From Tubiluchus corallicola (taxonomy: Eukaryota; Animalia; Priapulida), in contig JAQGDQ010000056.1 in assembly GCA_030141605.1 (NCBI GenBank), forward strand, positions 310,001 to 374,000: a stretch of 64,000 nucleotides of DNA, given 5' to 3'. Shown piece after piece: positions 1-12,520 of this stretch (the first letter of the stretch is position 1; each line of letters starts with the position of its first letter). Under the pieces are notes generated by a model. It did no database searches. It had not been told where the DNA came from and worked only from the letters and a program-made list of their open reading frames with translations. The translations under genes were made by a program, and so were the position numbers.

Positions 1-569
1 TCTACTGCTCCACTAAACATGTATATGCAAAAAAAGTCACAACTGCAAATTTCTTGCTGACATTTGTTTGTATGATTCTTAGAACACAAACAAATACCTC
101 GCTTCTTGTGGCAAAAAAGAGACAAATGTTTTCTTGTCAGTTACCATTATGACTGCGTGACACGTTGACAATAATATATCATTGTGTTTGTATGATGTAC
201 AAATACAGCTTGCAAACAATCAAAACATGACAACATGCAACACGAGACGTGACATCTGGTCAATGTCAGCAACTCAGTGGAGTGTACATAAGCAGCATCG
301 TACAGTCGGCATATCAAGAAGCTGCTGGCGTTATTTTCCAATTGAACACTTATATTAATTTGCCTAGCGGAGGGCGGGTAACGGGAGGCGTTATGATTTA
401 TTCTTTTATACAAATGAATACAGCCGTTTTGTTCTTGGCCATTGTGCAGGCGGTAAACGAGTTTGGCAGTATAACGATGTTTGACTGTATCTCCAGTGAC
501 AGTGACATTTTAAAGCATTCTGCATTCTAGTAAAACTACTATGGACGAAAGCAACTTCCAGTTACAAAC

Positions 570-613
570 CTTTAAAATAGCACGAGCAATTGCAATTCGT
601 TGTCTTTGTCCAC
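570..613 (-). CDS. ABCB10: ABCB10-like coding exon 12 (ABC signature); gene continues beyond the window start
   Basis: GGQRQRIAIARAILK completes LSGGQ; 44 nt; ttttctag acceptor, GT donor; no Walker B exon found in 1-569. Confidence 0.93.
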
Positions 614-1644
614 CTAGAAAATCAATAAATTACTTTTATTTAAACAATTTATATAGCTATTTTAATTTATGTTGATATATTATGAAAATAAGAATTTTTT
701 AGCTAACAAAAACAATTTAACAAAAATTGACACATTTTACTTTTTTTTAAAAATTTGTAACTTGTAGTTACGAGTTATGAATAGAAGTTATCGTTTGATT
801 TATTCTAGACTTTAGTGTCTAGCCTAGCTTTATTCTTGGACTCAGTAGTTACATGTTTAATAATTAAGAGAGGCACATTTTTGCACATGAAATGTGTGCT
901 TGCACAGCAAAACAGTCTGGAAGTCGGCAATTAAGATTTTTTAGTTAGTCACATATTCTGAATCTGAATCTTGTTAGGATCATTTTGCTACCAAGTTCAC
1001 CATTCTACGTTATTCCTAAGCTGAGATAATCTATGTTGAAGTTGAGTGTGCACCGTGTAGCGAAAAAAATAATCTACAGAAAATCTCTGTTAAAGTTTGC
1101 TATTGTTTTTATCACATTTTCACAGAGCCAGCTTAGCAACGGTATGAAAGGGTCGTTCTTATGGTTGCTGTTGCAGTTACAATTAAATCCAGTAGATGGC
1201 TGCTCAAGACGAGGACTTGGACTTGATAATGGAAAAATCGCATGAGAAATGGCAGCTTCCACAGATACTAAAGGAGTACTGAGGTACTCCTTACAGCGTC
1301 CACAGATACTAAGGGATACTAAGGTACTAAAGGAATTTGAAAATACAAGTTTTCAATACTAATTTTTAGGCAGAGACACAAGGAAGGGGCAGTAAAAACC
1401 TAATTTTTAGTATTTTTAAAACCTTTTACAAGTGCTTTAATGCTAGAATATGAAACTTAAATATATTTAACCTTTGCTTTTATCAAAAACAAAAAATAGA
1501 TATCGGACCCAATTTTTTATGCATTCTACTTTGAGGCTTCACAAAGCTGTTGCTACCAGGCCAACTTCCGGATGGTTTTGGTTTGCAAGCACATACATGA
1601 ATATTTTCTGCATACTCTGAACATTGAAAAGAATTCAGAAATAC

Positions 1645-1825
1645 CAGACAACATAAGACCACGCTCGCCAACTATAGTGTTAAATTCTTCTGGAAAGCTT
1701 CGAATGAAAGTGTATGCATTTGCTTTTTTCGCAGCTTCAATCACTTCATCTGTTGTTACCATTTCAGGACAGGTGGCACCATATGCAATATTTTCTGCAA
1801 TAGTTGTCGAGAAGAGAATGGGCTC
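1645..1825 (-). CDS. ABCB10: ABCB10-like coding exon 11 (start of the ABC signature)
   Basis: [17 protein letters not shown]...[30 protein letters not shown]; 181 nt. Confidence 0.95.
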
Positions 1826-2361
1826 CTACAAATATCCCAAACAATTTTTTTTCAAAAATTATATTAACAAGCAAAAGCACATTATGTTAACACTCGAATA
1901 AGTTTCTACTTACTGATGGTCTAATTAAACTTATAGAAATAAAGGGCATCGTTTATTATTCTATGCATTCAGAACATATACTTTAACACCCATGTCATTT
2001 AGCATTTTCAGCCAAGGTCAGTCTTAGCTGGATTGGAAGCACACAAGGCAGCCATGTAAGCCTTCACATGCTAAGGAGCACTTCCCTTAAACATGTTTTA
2101 TTTTTCGCCCATATATCAGGGCAATCTGAGAAACGATGTTCATCAGCCACCATGCGAAATGTAACACCACTTAAGAAAGGGGTATTCTTGAGTTCTAACT
2201 CGCAGCCATTTGCATCTAAAAAATTAGTGACCTTATTGCCTGTCCAATACAGGTCCAAGTAAGTTTTACAAATATAAAAAACAATGTAAACAGAGTCCGT
2301 TACATTAGAAAAACTTTAAGAATTTAATAAGAATTTTTTCAATAAGCAGCATCATTATTAC

Positions 2362-2441
2362 CTGACTAACTGTTCCTATATGATTTCTCAACCACGAAGG
2401 ATTTAGTTTTTTTATATCTGTACCATCAACAGTTATATTTC
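2362..2441 (-). CDS. ABCB10: ABCB10-like coding exon 10 (Q-loop)
   Basis: GNITVDGTDIKKLNPSWLRNHIGTVSQ; 80 nt. Confidence 0.95.
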
Positions 2442-3080
2442 CTAAAAAAATTAACATTTGGTTAAAAAAAGACAAGTCTCTTAGCATGTTGAATTATTTT
2501 GCTGTTATCACTTAAACTTAGAAAATACAATAAATAAATTTACAAAAAACTGTCTAAGGCATAAAATTAATTTATACTACTACTGTATAAAAATTGTCTA
2601 AAAAAGTGCGATGGTAGCCGCCTTTTACTTTGAAACGGTCTGGCAAGAAATCAGAAAATTAGTCATCTAATTCTTTTATAAAAATTTGTTATACTTATGA
2701 CGGAAATTCACAGTGCATTGCTTTTCTTCAGTTGACGAGTGGCGTCAATGGTGGAAGAATTGGTGTTCAAAATGGGAGAGCCCAAGGGTGAAATGATCGC
2801 AAGTGATTTTACTAATTGCACGAGGTGCTCATCACACTTTTATTCCGTCTAATATGTTTTTTGCGAACATTGAATAATCCTAACTTCCCAGAAGGCCCTT
2901 TAGCTAAGCAATATAATGAAAAGGGGTTTTCAAAACACACTCAACATAGCAGCATATTAAATGGGTAACTCAAGACAAGTGAGAAAAAGGAGAAGTGCAA
3001 AACTTACAAATATCTGCAACAAGCAAGAAATAGAAATATAAATATTGTGAAATAAAGTTGTGAGAATGAACCATACCCAC

Positions 3081-3192
3081 CACTGTTAACATTATAGTAA
3101 CGCAATAGTAAACTAGCCAAAGTGGATTTTCCTGAGCCACTTGAACCAACAACAGCTAGTACAGAGCCAGCAGGTACCAAGAGATCCAATTC
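3081..3192 (-). CDS. ABCB10: ABCB10-like coding exon 9 (Walker A)
   Basis: [38 protein letters not shown]; Walker A GSSGSGKS; donor G|GTGGGT; 112 nt. Confidence 0.93.
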
Positions 3193-3943
3193 CTATAAAA
3201 CAAAAAAAAATAGGATTAGTAACTTTCTCTAAAAATACTGTAACCACACTCAAAAAAGAAGAAAACTATTATTTTCGATGAAACAATTCTTTGTCAAATG
3301 CAAACAGGTGAATGAGTTGAAACCATGCTGGCTGTAATTCAAATTCAGGAGGCAGTAGGTAACAAATTTAGAAATAAATGTCAAGGCAATTGACAAGTGC
3401 CCTGAAGTTAATGTTAACAAAAGTTGTTTCACAGGACATTCTCAATGCAATCTGAGTGGTCGCACCGCACATGTATGCTTCCTGAATGACTGATGATTGC
3501 CTACTTGTTCTATGTAAAAGATCAGCAAAAAAAACTGAACATAAAAAATTATTTTAACAATATAATATATTTAAAATGATCAGTACAAATACAAAAGTTA
3601 AAACTTCTCATATGATATGAGTGACTTGCCCTGCCTCTCCCACTTGTGCTAACTCATGGTTAATAGCATCAAAAGTCTTTGATATATACCGCTCTTATTT
3701 TATTATATCAAAAAACACTGTGCTAACTTATTGCTTATCGTGCTCAATGCCAGTCTCATGAATGGAGATATTTCATTACTGTTACCTACTATTTAATTAA
3801 GCATTCGATTTGCTATTAAGCTGCATATTGCTTTAAAATCAATTGTTTCTCTTTGAAGCCACAAAGATTTGCAGTGAGCAAAGTTTTCCAGAAAAATTAC
3901 TAATTTACAATTCTCATCACATTTGAATGACTTGACAAGTTAC

Positions 3944-4038
3944 CTGAAAAATTGGAGCTTCCGAACGGCTTGGATACATGAATCTCACATTTTTAAACTC
4001 TAACAAACCTTGTAATGGCAAAACAGGAACAATACCTT
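3944..4038 (-). CDS. ABCB10: ABCB10-like coding exon 8 (start of the nucleotide-binding domain)
   Basis: EGIVPVLPLQGLLEFKNVRFMYPSRSEAPIFQ (A-loop FxYPSR); 95 nt. Confidence 0.92.
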
Positions 4039-4295
4039 CTATAGAAAAAAAATATCCACATTATTTCTCTTTTCATCAAAACTGTGTTCATAATATTAAA
4101 CTATCAATATTCCCTTATACAGAAAAACTGAACTGAACTGGTTTCTTGTTCACAATGCTAACTTGAAAAGCCTTACCATTCTTGCATGAACTTTGTATCT
4201 TGTATTCTCAAAACGGCTAAGACAAGTATAACTGAGCAAAATGAGAAAGTTTGCTCAATTACCTCCAGCAACACACCCAATAATATTTCATTTAC

Positions 4296-4391
4296 CATTT
4301 ATTGGAATTGCAGCTTTTTTGTCGACTATCTCCCATAACCTTGAACTTGCACCAATTCCGCGCATCATCTCACTATAGAAGGAACTGATTC
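4296..4391 (-). CDS. ABCB10: ABCB10-like coding exon 7
   Basis: GISSFYSEMMRGIGASSRLWEIVDKKAAIPIN; 96 nt, phase 1/1. Confidence 0.93.
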
Positions 4392-5529
4392 CTAAAAGCA
4401 GACATCACATTCAATATACTATTTGCTATTTCAATATGCTATTTTTCTCAATTTGAGAACACCTATCCAGTTGTGAAGTTTTAAACATTACAAAGTTTTA
4501 CAGTTTGTCTGTGAATAAGTGGGAAATTGTCAGTTACTTGAATGACAGTGAAAACATGAGACCATAAGACTATGACATTTGAAACACTGGTGAGCAAGAT
4601 ACCAAAAACAAATAACTCCCAGGACATGTAATAGAGCAAAACCTGAATATATGCAAAACTATACAAAGGCATTATCCCAAAGTTTAAAATAGTATAACAA
4701 GCTATCTCAAAATAGCTTTACAAAAAAAGACGAGAACCTGTATTTTGATATAGACACATACAGTTAATGTGCAAAAACTAATTACAAAAAAATGAAAATT
4801 TTATGGAATATAAAAATTTTAATGTCAAATAACTATTAAGATACCAAATTATCGCAGTCTTGCATGTTATACATGAAAATGGGAGAGCTCCAATTTTAGT
4901 ATGGCATTAAATATTATTGCTGAAGCCAAAACTTTAGTAATGACTACTTGTTAAAGATGTTTGATTAAAACTAGTGGGGGTTCCTTGAACAGTTAAGGAT
5001 TGCATAATATTTTGAATATGGCACAGAAATTTTCAAATTTAAGATTCACTGTTGAGCAAAAACTTATGTCAACACTGAGTATAAGTTTCTTTCCCAAAGA
5101 GCTCTGATCAAAAACTGTAGCCTCACCAGCACTGTCATTTTGCAACTAATCTCAGCCAGTGATTCCACTGATCTATGGATCAGGACCCAAGTTTGCCCAC
5201 CAGTAAGAGCCGAATAAGGTTGCATAAAGTTTGAAAAAATAATTATCAGTGCATTTGTAGCACACACTTCACTGACTAAGCAAAAAAAATTACACCAACT
5301 AAACGATAAAAATAATAACAATTCTTTTTGGTGAACCAGTGATGTTTTCTGGTGTACACTGGGACAGTCGGCACAAACATATTCAATTATCAAGAATATT
5401 CTTTTCTAGTTACACAAATGTTTCCAATAGATAAGTAACACTAAATGATACTACCATACAACTTTATATGGGAAACCTTTCGGGATGTACTACAAAATTT
5501 TTTTTTCTTCCCCTTTAATAAAAACTTAC

Positions 5530-5665
5530 CTCCGATAGATATTCCGACCCAGGCAGCATACAGCATAAAGGAAGAAAGTTGTCCGACAGTAATCAAAGAG
5601 CTCTCCATCATCATGCCTCCACTGTACAAAACTGCAACAACTATCAAATTCCCAGACAAACCAGC
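5530..5665 (-). CDS. ABCB10: ABCB10-like coding exon 6
   Basis: [45 protein letters not shown]; 136 nt; donor G|GTAAGT. Confidence 0.95.
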
Positions 5666-6292
5666 CTATAAAAATGTCACATAACACAAAGGCATAAATA
5701 TCATAAGATCTCAAGTTTGTACAGCCTTAAATCACTAAATTTAATATTGTTTTGCTTTTGGCAGAACTTTTTAATAGTGATTCATGTACTCACAATAGCC
5801 AATTGCATTTATTTAAATGAAAGTCGTTTCTATATTTTAAATAGAAAATTAATAGATGATTTGCAAAACAATGTGAATGTACACACACGCACGCACGCAC
5901 GAACGCCCGCACACACGCACACACATGTTTACTAAACATAGCTCAGTTGGGTTACATACATATCTGAGCATAACAGTTCAAATGTATTAATTAATGGAGA
6001 GATTCAAACCCACAGTTATCTTTGAAACCAAAAAGGAAACATAAAAAAATCACAAAACAAATTAAACATTTCCTGGTTTCAGTGCTCAGTTGCAATTTGT
6101 TCACAGTTATTTGTTTCCTTCAAATTTGTTTTCAAAAATGTCACTAAAATGTATTTTGCATGGGGCACAGAGGCAGTAAACACACACATTGTATTTATGG
6201 AAATTTATATTCCTGTATCTTGTTAAGGATATCCATAATATACATTTTGTAAAACTGTTTCAAAAGCATCTGCAGGAAAAAAATTTACATAC

Positions 6293-6439
6293 AAAGCCAA
6301 AAAAGAGGCTCCGATAGAGAGCGTCCTGATAAGACAAATCCAATACTTTCTCTACACGTTCTGAATAACGTTTACATTCCCAGTCTTCCTGTGCAAATGC
6401 TCTCACGGTCCTAATGTTACTGATTCTCTCTTCTGCAAC
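6293..6439 (-). CDS. ABCB10: ABCB10-like coding exon 5
   Basis: VAEERISNIRTVRAFAQEDWECKRYSERVEKVLDLSYQDALYRSLFFGF (not in the ORF track; read manually); 147 nt. Confidence 0.93.
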
Positions 6440-6714
6440 CTAAGCAGAAAATTGTACATGCATATTACAGAAATCTAAAAAACTAAAAAACACTTTGTTA
6501 GCCAGGGCGCAACTTCGATGCGACTGCTACGTATTTATCTCATTCTCAGTGTGAAAATACAGAAAACAATAATTTAATGACAGCCACAAGCTGAATGTCA
6601 ATAATCACCATCACCAAAAAAAGGTCAATACTGATGATGTGCCACTCTAGCCACTCTCTATAAATTGGCTTGCATAGGCATAAGCTCTTTTGTGAACATA
6701 TTATTAAACAAAAT

Positions 6715-6716
<2 letters not shown>

Positions 6717-6753
<37 letters not shown>
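6717..6753. repeat. (CA)n microsatellite in an ABCB10 intron
   Basis: ~18 units. Confidence 0.95.
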
Positions 6754-6754
<1 letters not shown>

Positions 6755-6891
6755 CCACAAAACATTTTTAGATCCAACTTTCAGTACATTTGGTGTTACA
6801 CCGTCTTGTGTGACAGTGGTATATTTACATATCCATAACTCATAGCTTACTAGCATAAAAATGCATCCCGAAAAACCAATGTTAGCATTAC

Positions 6892-7026
6892 CGTTGTAGC
6901 CTCTGCTAATGCATCCTGCACATTCTTAGTGATGTTGCGAACGTAACGTCCATACACTACAGAAACTAGAGCTACGGGTGGTACTATTCCCAAACCAACA
7001 AGTGCCAACTTCGGCGAAACGTAAAA
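6892..7026 (-). CDS. ABCB10: ABCB10-like coding exon 4
   Basis: FYVSPKLALVGLGIVPPVALVSVVYGRYVRNITKNVQDALAEATT; 135 nt, phase 0/0. Confidence 0.95.
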
Positions 7027-7912
7027 CTGAAAAAAGTTCTGTAATGTCATTTTCCTCAAAATTGCCAAGGTTAAAATTGCAAAAAGCACATAGAGAACGT
7101 AATGCTTCTTACAATAAAGCCTTTGGGCCTGATCACTCCAGGTTAAGATTCAAGCACATTAACGAATAAAAGAACAAATGCAAATATCTGAAATTCATTT
7201 GCATGCCGCTTTGTAGCTTTGGAAATAAACATATGATATGCTCAGTCAGTAAAATGTTTGCCCCAAAACACTATAAAATTTTCAGATTGAAAATTTGTTC
7301 TCTAGATTTCCAAATGACTGCACGTTTTCTACAAGGTTCAACATTGCTTAACTTTCGCTACTAAGTGCAAAATGTGATCAGTCAACTATTCGCACCAGGC
7401 AACTCGTTCACTATTTTCATAAATAATTACATCTGTGTTTTTTCTGCCATCTATAGTACAGATGCAAACAGAAGAAATTAAAACGTCAGATGAAATAAAT
7501 AAAACAGCAGGGAAGGAATGCCACAAGCACCAAGAACCAAGTCTTCTGATTACATTCCTCCTTTCCTTATACCAACCCAATAAATTTCCTAAAAGGTTTT
7601 TCAAGAAAATGCTCTCTTTAGCAAAAGTCAAGGACAATGTTCCATTTAGCACGCAGTGACATGTTTATTACTACAGCAATGCAAAAAAACCAATGACAGC
7701 ACAACAAAACTACAACCAAACTGTAGAACAAAATTGAAGTAATATTTAACAGTTTTGACAAAAATGAATAAAAAGTTCTTAAATGTATTGACCGTGTCAT
7801 AAAAGATACAATACATTTAAATACATACAAAAACAAAGACTTCAAGTTACATAAGTTTTTTAGACATTGTATAAATAACACAATAAAGCAAGCACAAAAA
7901 TGCAGTATATAC

Positions 7913-8115
7913 CATCATGGATACTCCGGCTAAAATCTGTGCAGTAGATCGCAGACCATCAGATATATTTTGTGTAATAGCCTGCCCCACCAACGTCGTA
8001 TCAGTTGATAAGCGATTTACCAACTCACCCGTCTTTGCATTGTCAAAAAATGCCATTTCCTGAGTAATGATAGAACCAAATACGTTTTTCCGCAATTGTT
8101 TTACTACTCGCTGAC
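7913..8115 (-). CDS. ABCB10: ABCB10-like coding exon 3
   Basis: GQRVVKQLRKNVFGSIITQEMAFFDNAKTGELVNRLSTDT...NISDGLRS, a typical ABCB transmembrane-domain loop; 203 nt. Confidence 0.95.
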
Positions 8116-8952
8116 CTGCAAAATTCTTTAATGTGATACATCTGACTCATTACTATAAGTTAAATGACATTGTGCTAATAAATTAGTAATGAAGTACCCA
8201 AAAAGTAGTATGTTTTACCTTAACTGAGGAATTGCTAAAACTGGATCAGCACATGTTAGCAGAAGAGATGTTAGTATAGTTTCTAGTGCATTTAGTACAA
8301 AAGGGGAAGGGACTAAATTTAAATAGATCAACTTAGCAGCAAAATGAGTTTCTTAATTTGCTACTGGCTAATTAAAAGTAGTAGCAATAAAGGCTTGAAC
8401 TTTCTGTGGTATCCATTTGGCAGCTCTAAATTTGCCTGATCTGAATCTAAATAAGTAGATCAGAATTAGATCCAGAACCAGATCCTGCTCTTGAAGGGTA
8501 CAAATGGCCACTACAAATATTGATCAAGTGCAAATTGTCCTCAGCTGATATAGTGATAGAAAATTATGGTCAATTTAGTTAGTTTTGTAAATCGATTAAA
8601 ACATTCTTTTGTTTTTTTCTAAGCCTAGGTTAATAAACATGATATTGAAATTATTTCCTGCTACACAATAACAGATAAAATGAAACCTAAACTTGGTGGT
8701 TAATCTCTACATAAAGTCTGAAAACATGACATTTGTATTTTATGCGTATATTTACTGAAAACTGCATTTGTTTGCATTTTAAACTAAAAACTAAAGTACG
8801 TGTGTGTGCGCGCGTGCGTAGCAGTTCACAATATACAGAATTGCATGCGCAAGTGACACACCTCAAATAAAAGCGGAATATCGATAGAAAACAATTTTGT
8901 ACAAACAAATTAAAAAATTAAAGAGAAGTTATTTACGTTGACAAAACGTTAC

Positions 8953-9156
8953 CTGAAGTATGTATTAAGTAACTCCGACAGAAATTTGCAAATGCACCAA
9001 CCAGAAAGACAGCAATAAGAACCTTCACGAATGAGGTAAGTGTTTTAAGCATATTGCCTTCTTGGGAGGAGGTATAAATGATATCAATGACTTTACCAAT
9101 GCAAAATGGCACAGCCATAGAAACCATACTAGATATCACAAGAAAGATAATAGCAC
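8953..9156 (-). CDS. ABCB10: ABCB10-like coding exon 2 (first TM helices)
   Basis: AIIFLVISSMVSMAVPFCIGKVIDIIY...GAFANFCRSYLIHTSG; AG/GT borders; 204 nt, in phase. Confidence 0.93.
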
Positions 9157-9776
9157 CTGAAACAAGCAAAAATCAATCAGTTTTTCCCATTCATCCAAAT
9201 AAATGTTTATGATAAATAAGTCAATAAATAAGTATTTTTCAATACTAAAAAGTTCCTAATCAAGCTGTTTTATGATATTTACTGGAATTACTAGTAGGAC
9301 TTAGCTTAATATCACTATTTTGCCAAAATGCTAGGGTAAACCAGTGGAAGGTTTAATAATGATAATCCTGCCTCCTAATAATAAAATTTTCTTTTAACTC
9401 ATTAGCGCATTCCACTTCCCACTTCTAACTCAAGTTTTCCTTATCCACATTAAAAATAATATACTTGGATGAACTAAACAAACAAAAAATCACGTTGCAA
9501 TCACGTTATCCACTTGTGTTGTATTTTAGCTTTCCAATCATATGACAGAATTGGTATTGTATAAAACGTGATCATTTTGTGTGCAGAGCAAATTAACATA
9601 CTACTAATTAAACATATTCATTTTGTAGGTAGAGCAAATCAACTTATTGTTAATTTTCTATACTGGTGGTGAGAGTGTATATTATATGCAAGCTCGCACT
9701 TTACTTCGTATCATACTAGAACTACATAGTTATGAAAAACGTTACTGACAAATGTAATAAAATATCACAAACATAC

Positions 9777-10161
9777 TGCCAATTCTCCATTTTTCAGGTT
9801 TGGCCAACAGAAGTAATCTTCTTAAATCCTTTGACTTTGGTAAATTAAAGCCCTTGTTTGGTAAGACATTCTTTGTTGAGTGCAATCGCCACCACACAGT
9901 AAAAGGTGAAGAACGCCCAAATGACAACTTTCCAAGCTGTGATCTTGAAAAGGACGGAATTGGACAACGAGTTAATACACATCTCGTACTAGTTTGAAAG
10001 GAAGACGAAAAGCATCTGCCACGTTGGACTAACATTGTTGTTTTGAAACACCGTAATGCAGTTCTAGAGTACATTATTTCTTTAATGTGGCTCAAAGGCA
10101 CAAACGTAGTTGACACATAGTTCAGCCCTACTTGCCTAACTGGCAAACCAATCCACATCAT
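9777..10161 (-). CDS. ABCB10: ABCB10-like mitochondrial ABC transporter, first coding exon (long mitochondrial presequence)
   Basis: ATG ATG at 10161; MMWIGLPVRQ...LRRLLLLAKPEKWRIG is rich in R/S/L and poor in acidic residues; donor A|GTATGT at 9776; 385 nt, phase 1; upstream acceptor ttttttcag at 10259 implies a 5'UTR intron. Confidence 0.85.
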
Positions 10162-10664
10162 TTTACTGTTTTTCAAAAAATATCATTCATTTAGATAAAC
10201 AAGAGAAGACATCAGCAAAATCAGTTGGGTTGGTAATCAAACATCTGTACAATTTAGCCTGAAAAAACAAAGTTTGTTAAGATAAAAGGCATTAAAACAA
10301 TAAAAAATGGTGGTTTATTGCCTTAGCAAATTTGCATTTCTGAAAGCAAGAATTTGGCATTGATCCATGGTTTCTAGCTTTGTTTATACAGCACTAAATA
10401 TTAGCTATAGATATTGCTGATAGATTACTGATTTAGTTATTTTGGATTTTTCAATGCAGTTGAGAATGTAATGGAAATTACTGAAACTTCTTGTCTTAAA
10501 TAAAGATAATCTAGTTAACATTAAATAAAAATATTTATTTTTGTTTCTTGCATTTTTCTTTTAAAAAGTGAATTTCTTTCAGTAACATTTTATTCTAAAT
10601 TAAATATAAATTTTAATGCCAAGTGAAAAATAAGCCTATTATTACATTATATTACTACCTAAAT

Positions 10665-11224
10665 CAGGGCTGTGCAAACCACGGCCTGCAAAGAGATCAT
10701 GTGCAGCCCGCGAAGAGATTTGTCAACCTAATGAAAGTGCGGCCTGGGCAATGAATTGAGTCGCAAGTATCAGGAAGATGTTTCTAGCTAAAGTCCGCAC
10801 CATGATCGCAAATATAGTGTGGGTAGATCACATGGCATTAACCCTTACAAGACGGCTGTCATTTAGTGTCACTGTCGCACATTGTGAAATTTCACGATGC
10901 TCACTTGGAACACAAAAAAGCGATGTAAACATAGCAAACCATCATGGAAGCTGCCATTGAAACACCAAATGTGCAAAAAATGTGAGACGCAATCAGATTG
11001 GCTGGTAGGAGAACCAATCAGCCAATCAGTAGTCTCATATTATCGGGCCGGTGGATCGGTCCAGTCGTCTTCTTGGTCATAATAGGCAAATCATTTTGAC
11101 TTGGCTATTTTATACTTATTATAAAATAACTAAGGCAAAATGATCTACCTACTATGGCCAAGAAAATGAATGGGCCGATCAATTTATAAGTAGCACACAT
11201 GCTGAAAAAGTGTGGTCACCCCTG
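10665..11224. mobile_element. Non-autonomous hAT (Buster/Charlie-like) MITE
   Basis: Termini CAGGGCTGTGCAAAC...GTGTGGTCACCCCTG; subterminal CGGCC/GCCCGC motifs; both flanks fit nnnTAnnn (acctaaat / atataggg) but are not identical. Confidence 0.6.
11054..11180. repeat. Long imperfect palindrome (61-bp arms, 5-nt loop) inside the hAT MITE
   Basis: Left arm gatcggtccagtcg...ctattttata matches the reverse complement of tataaaataac...tgggccgatc at about 50 of 61 positions. Confidence 0.9.
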
Positions 11225-11599
11225 ATATAGGGGGATTCACAGGTTCTAGTTTCTGTTTAGGCTCGGTAGTACACATCTCAACCAGTGGTTGTTTCATCAA
11301 GTGTAGTGTTCTTATAGATCAGAATCAGAATCCGTACTAACGTGCATTGTAATAAAATTACCACTATCTGACATGAAAGCTGAAATCTATGGTTTTTAAT
11401 ATTTTAATAACTTCTAGAATAGTTTTCCTCAGTGTAGTAGTAATGATGTGACAGATGGGATGCCAAAAAATCATTATTAGGCCCTACTGTTCTTGGCTTC
11501 TTGACCAAACGTTAACTGAGTTAATGGTTAAGTTCGGCTATTTAACCATGCCGATCAAATTTTAAGTATCACCACGAGCTTAACCAATTTCTTTAAAAT

Positions 11600-12520
11600 T
11601 CTTTTGAAAATAATCCTAATAAAATACTTTAATCTCGCTTTCGCCTCTTTTTCTTCGAAACTTGACCATCCACATTCCCCCCTAACTGCTGCACCACAGC
11701 CACTATCAATTTTCTATAACAATTTACCAAAGTCCTCTCCTGTCGTCTCACACCATCTCATGTCTTCCTGACTGAATACTGTATCAATTCCTCCAAATAT
11801 ACATTTAGGAACAATACAAATTTGCAACCAGTGCACCCAATTATCCTTTTAACATTAGATCTCACAACCCTCTACACTTATACAAATACATGGCAGCTTT
11901 CCCTTTCCACCACCTTTCTTGCTTTACTCTTAACATAATTCCTAAATACTTTTCTTTATTAACAATCTTCACAATTTTTCTTCCTGTACATAAAAAACAT
12001 CCTCACCTTGATCACCCTCCAGCAAAATTGATATACGTTTTTTTCGCACAAAAAGACATACGATATTCATCAGCAATTCCTTTAACCAGTTTTAACATCA
12101 AATTCTTATTCTTTCCATTGCACTAACAAACTAATATCGTCTGCAAAATCTAAATCTCCTAGGCTTAAGTCATCTCTCGAATTAAGGATTAATATCTCGA
12201 ATATTCATACAAAGTATAGAAAGTTTAACCTTCTCCAACAATCTACTAATGTATAAATTAAAGACAGCTGATGACATTAGATCATCTTGTCACACTCCAC
12301 ATTTGCCCTTAGTCTTTTAATTGTCTACAGCTCCTTAAGCATTTTGTTCTTCTCCTAACAGTACCAAACACATAAAATTCATCTAATACTTAACCAATCA
12401 TTCTTTTAAAATTGATGCCACTAATTTTCCAACTACAGTCATTATTGTCATAGGCCTATAATTCAGCAAGTTTGTCTTTGTACCTTTTTTGTAAACAAGA
12501 TTCACTAAACTTTTTTCCTA
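11600..12520 (-). mobile_element. Decayed non-LTR retrotransposon (LINE) reverse-transcriptase relic
   Basis: Minus-strand motifs in the correct order with stops and deletions: LVYKKGTKTNLLNYRPMTIMTVVGKL (~12420-12510), GV*QDDLMSSAVFNLYI (~12250-12298), LGDLDFADDISLL (~12124-12162), KYLGI (~11937-11951); element ends are approximate. Confidence 0.85.

Noticed and set aside
1-569. Next ABCB10 exon (Walker B, ILLLDEATSALD) or a truncated pseudogene
   Set aside because: No such exon on the minus strand here. All 12 visible exons are intact and in phase, so the gene most likely continues outside the window.
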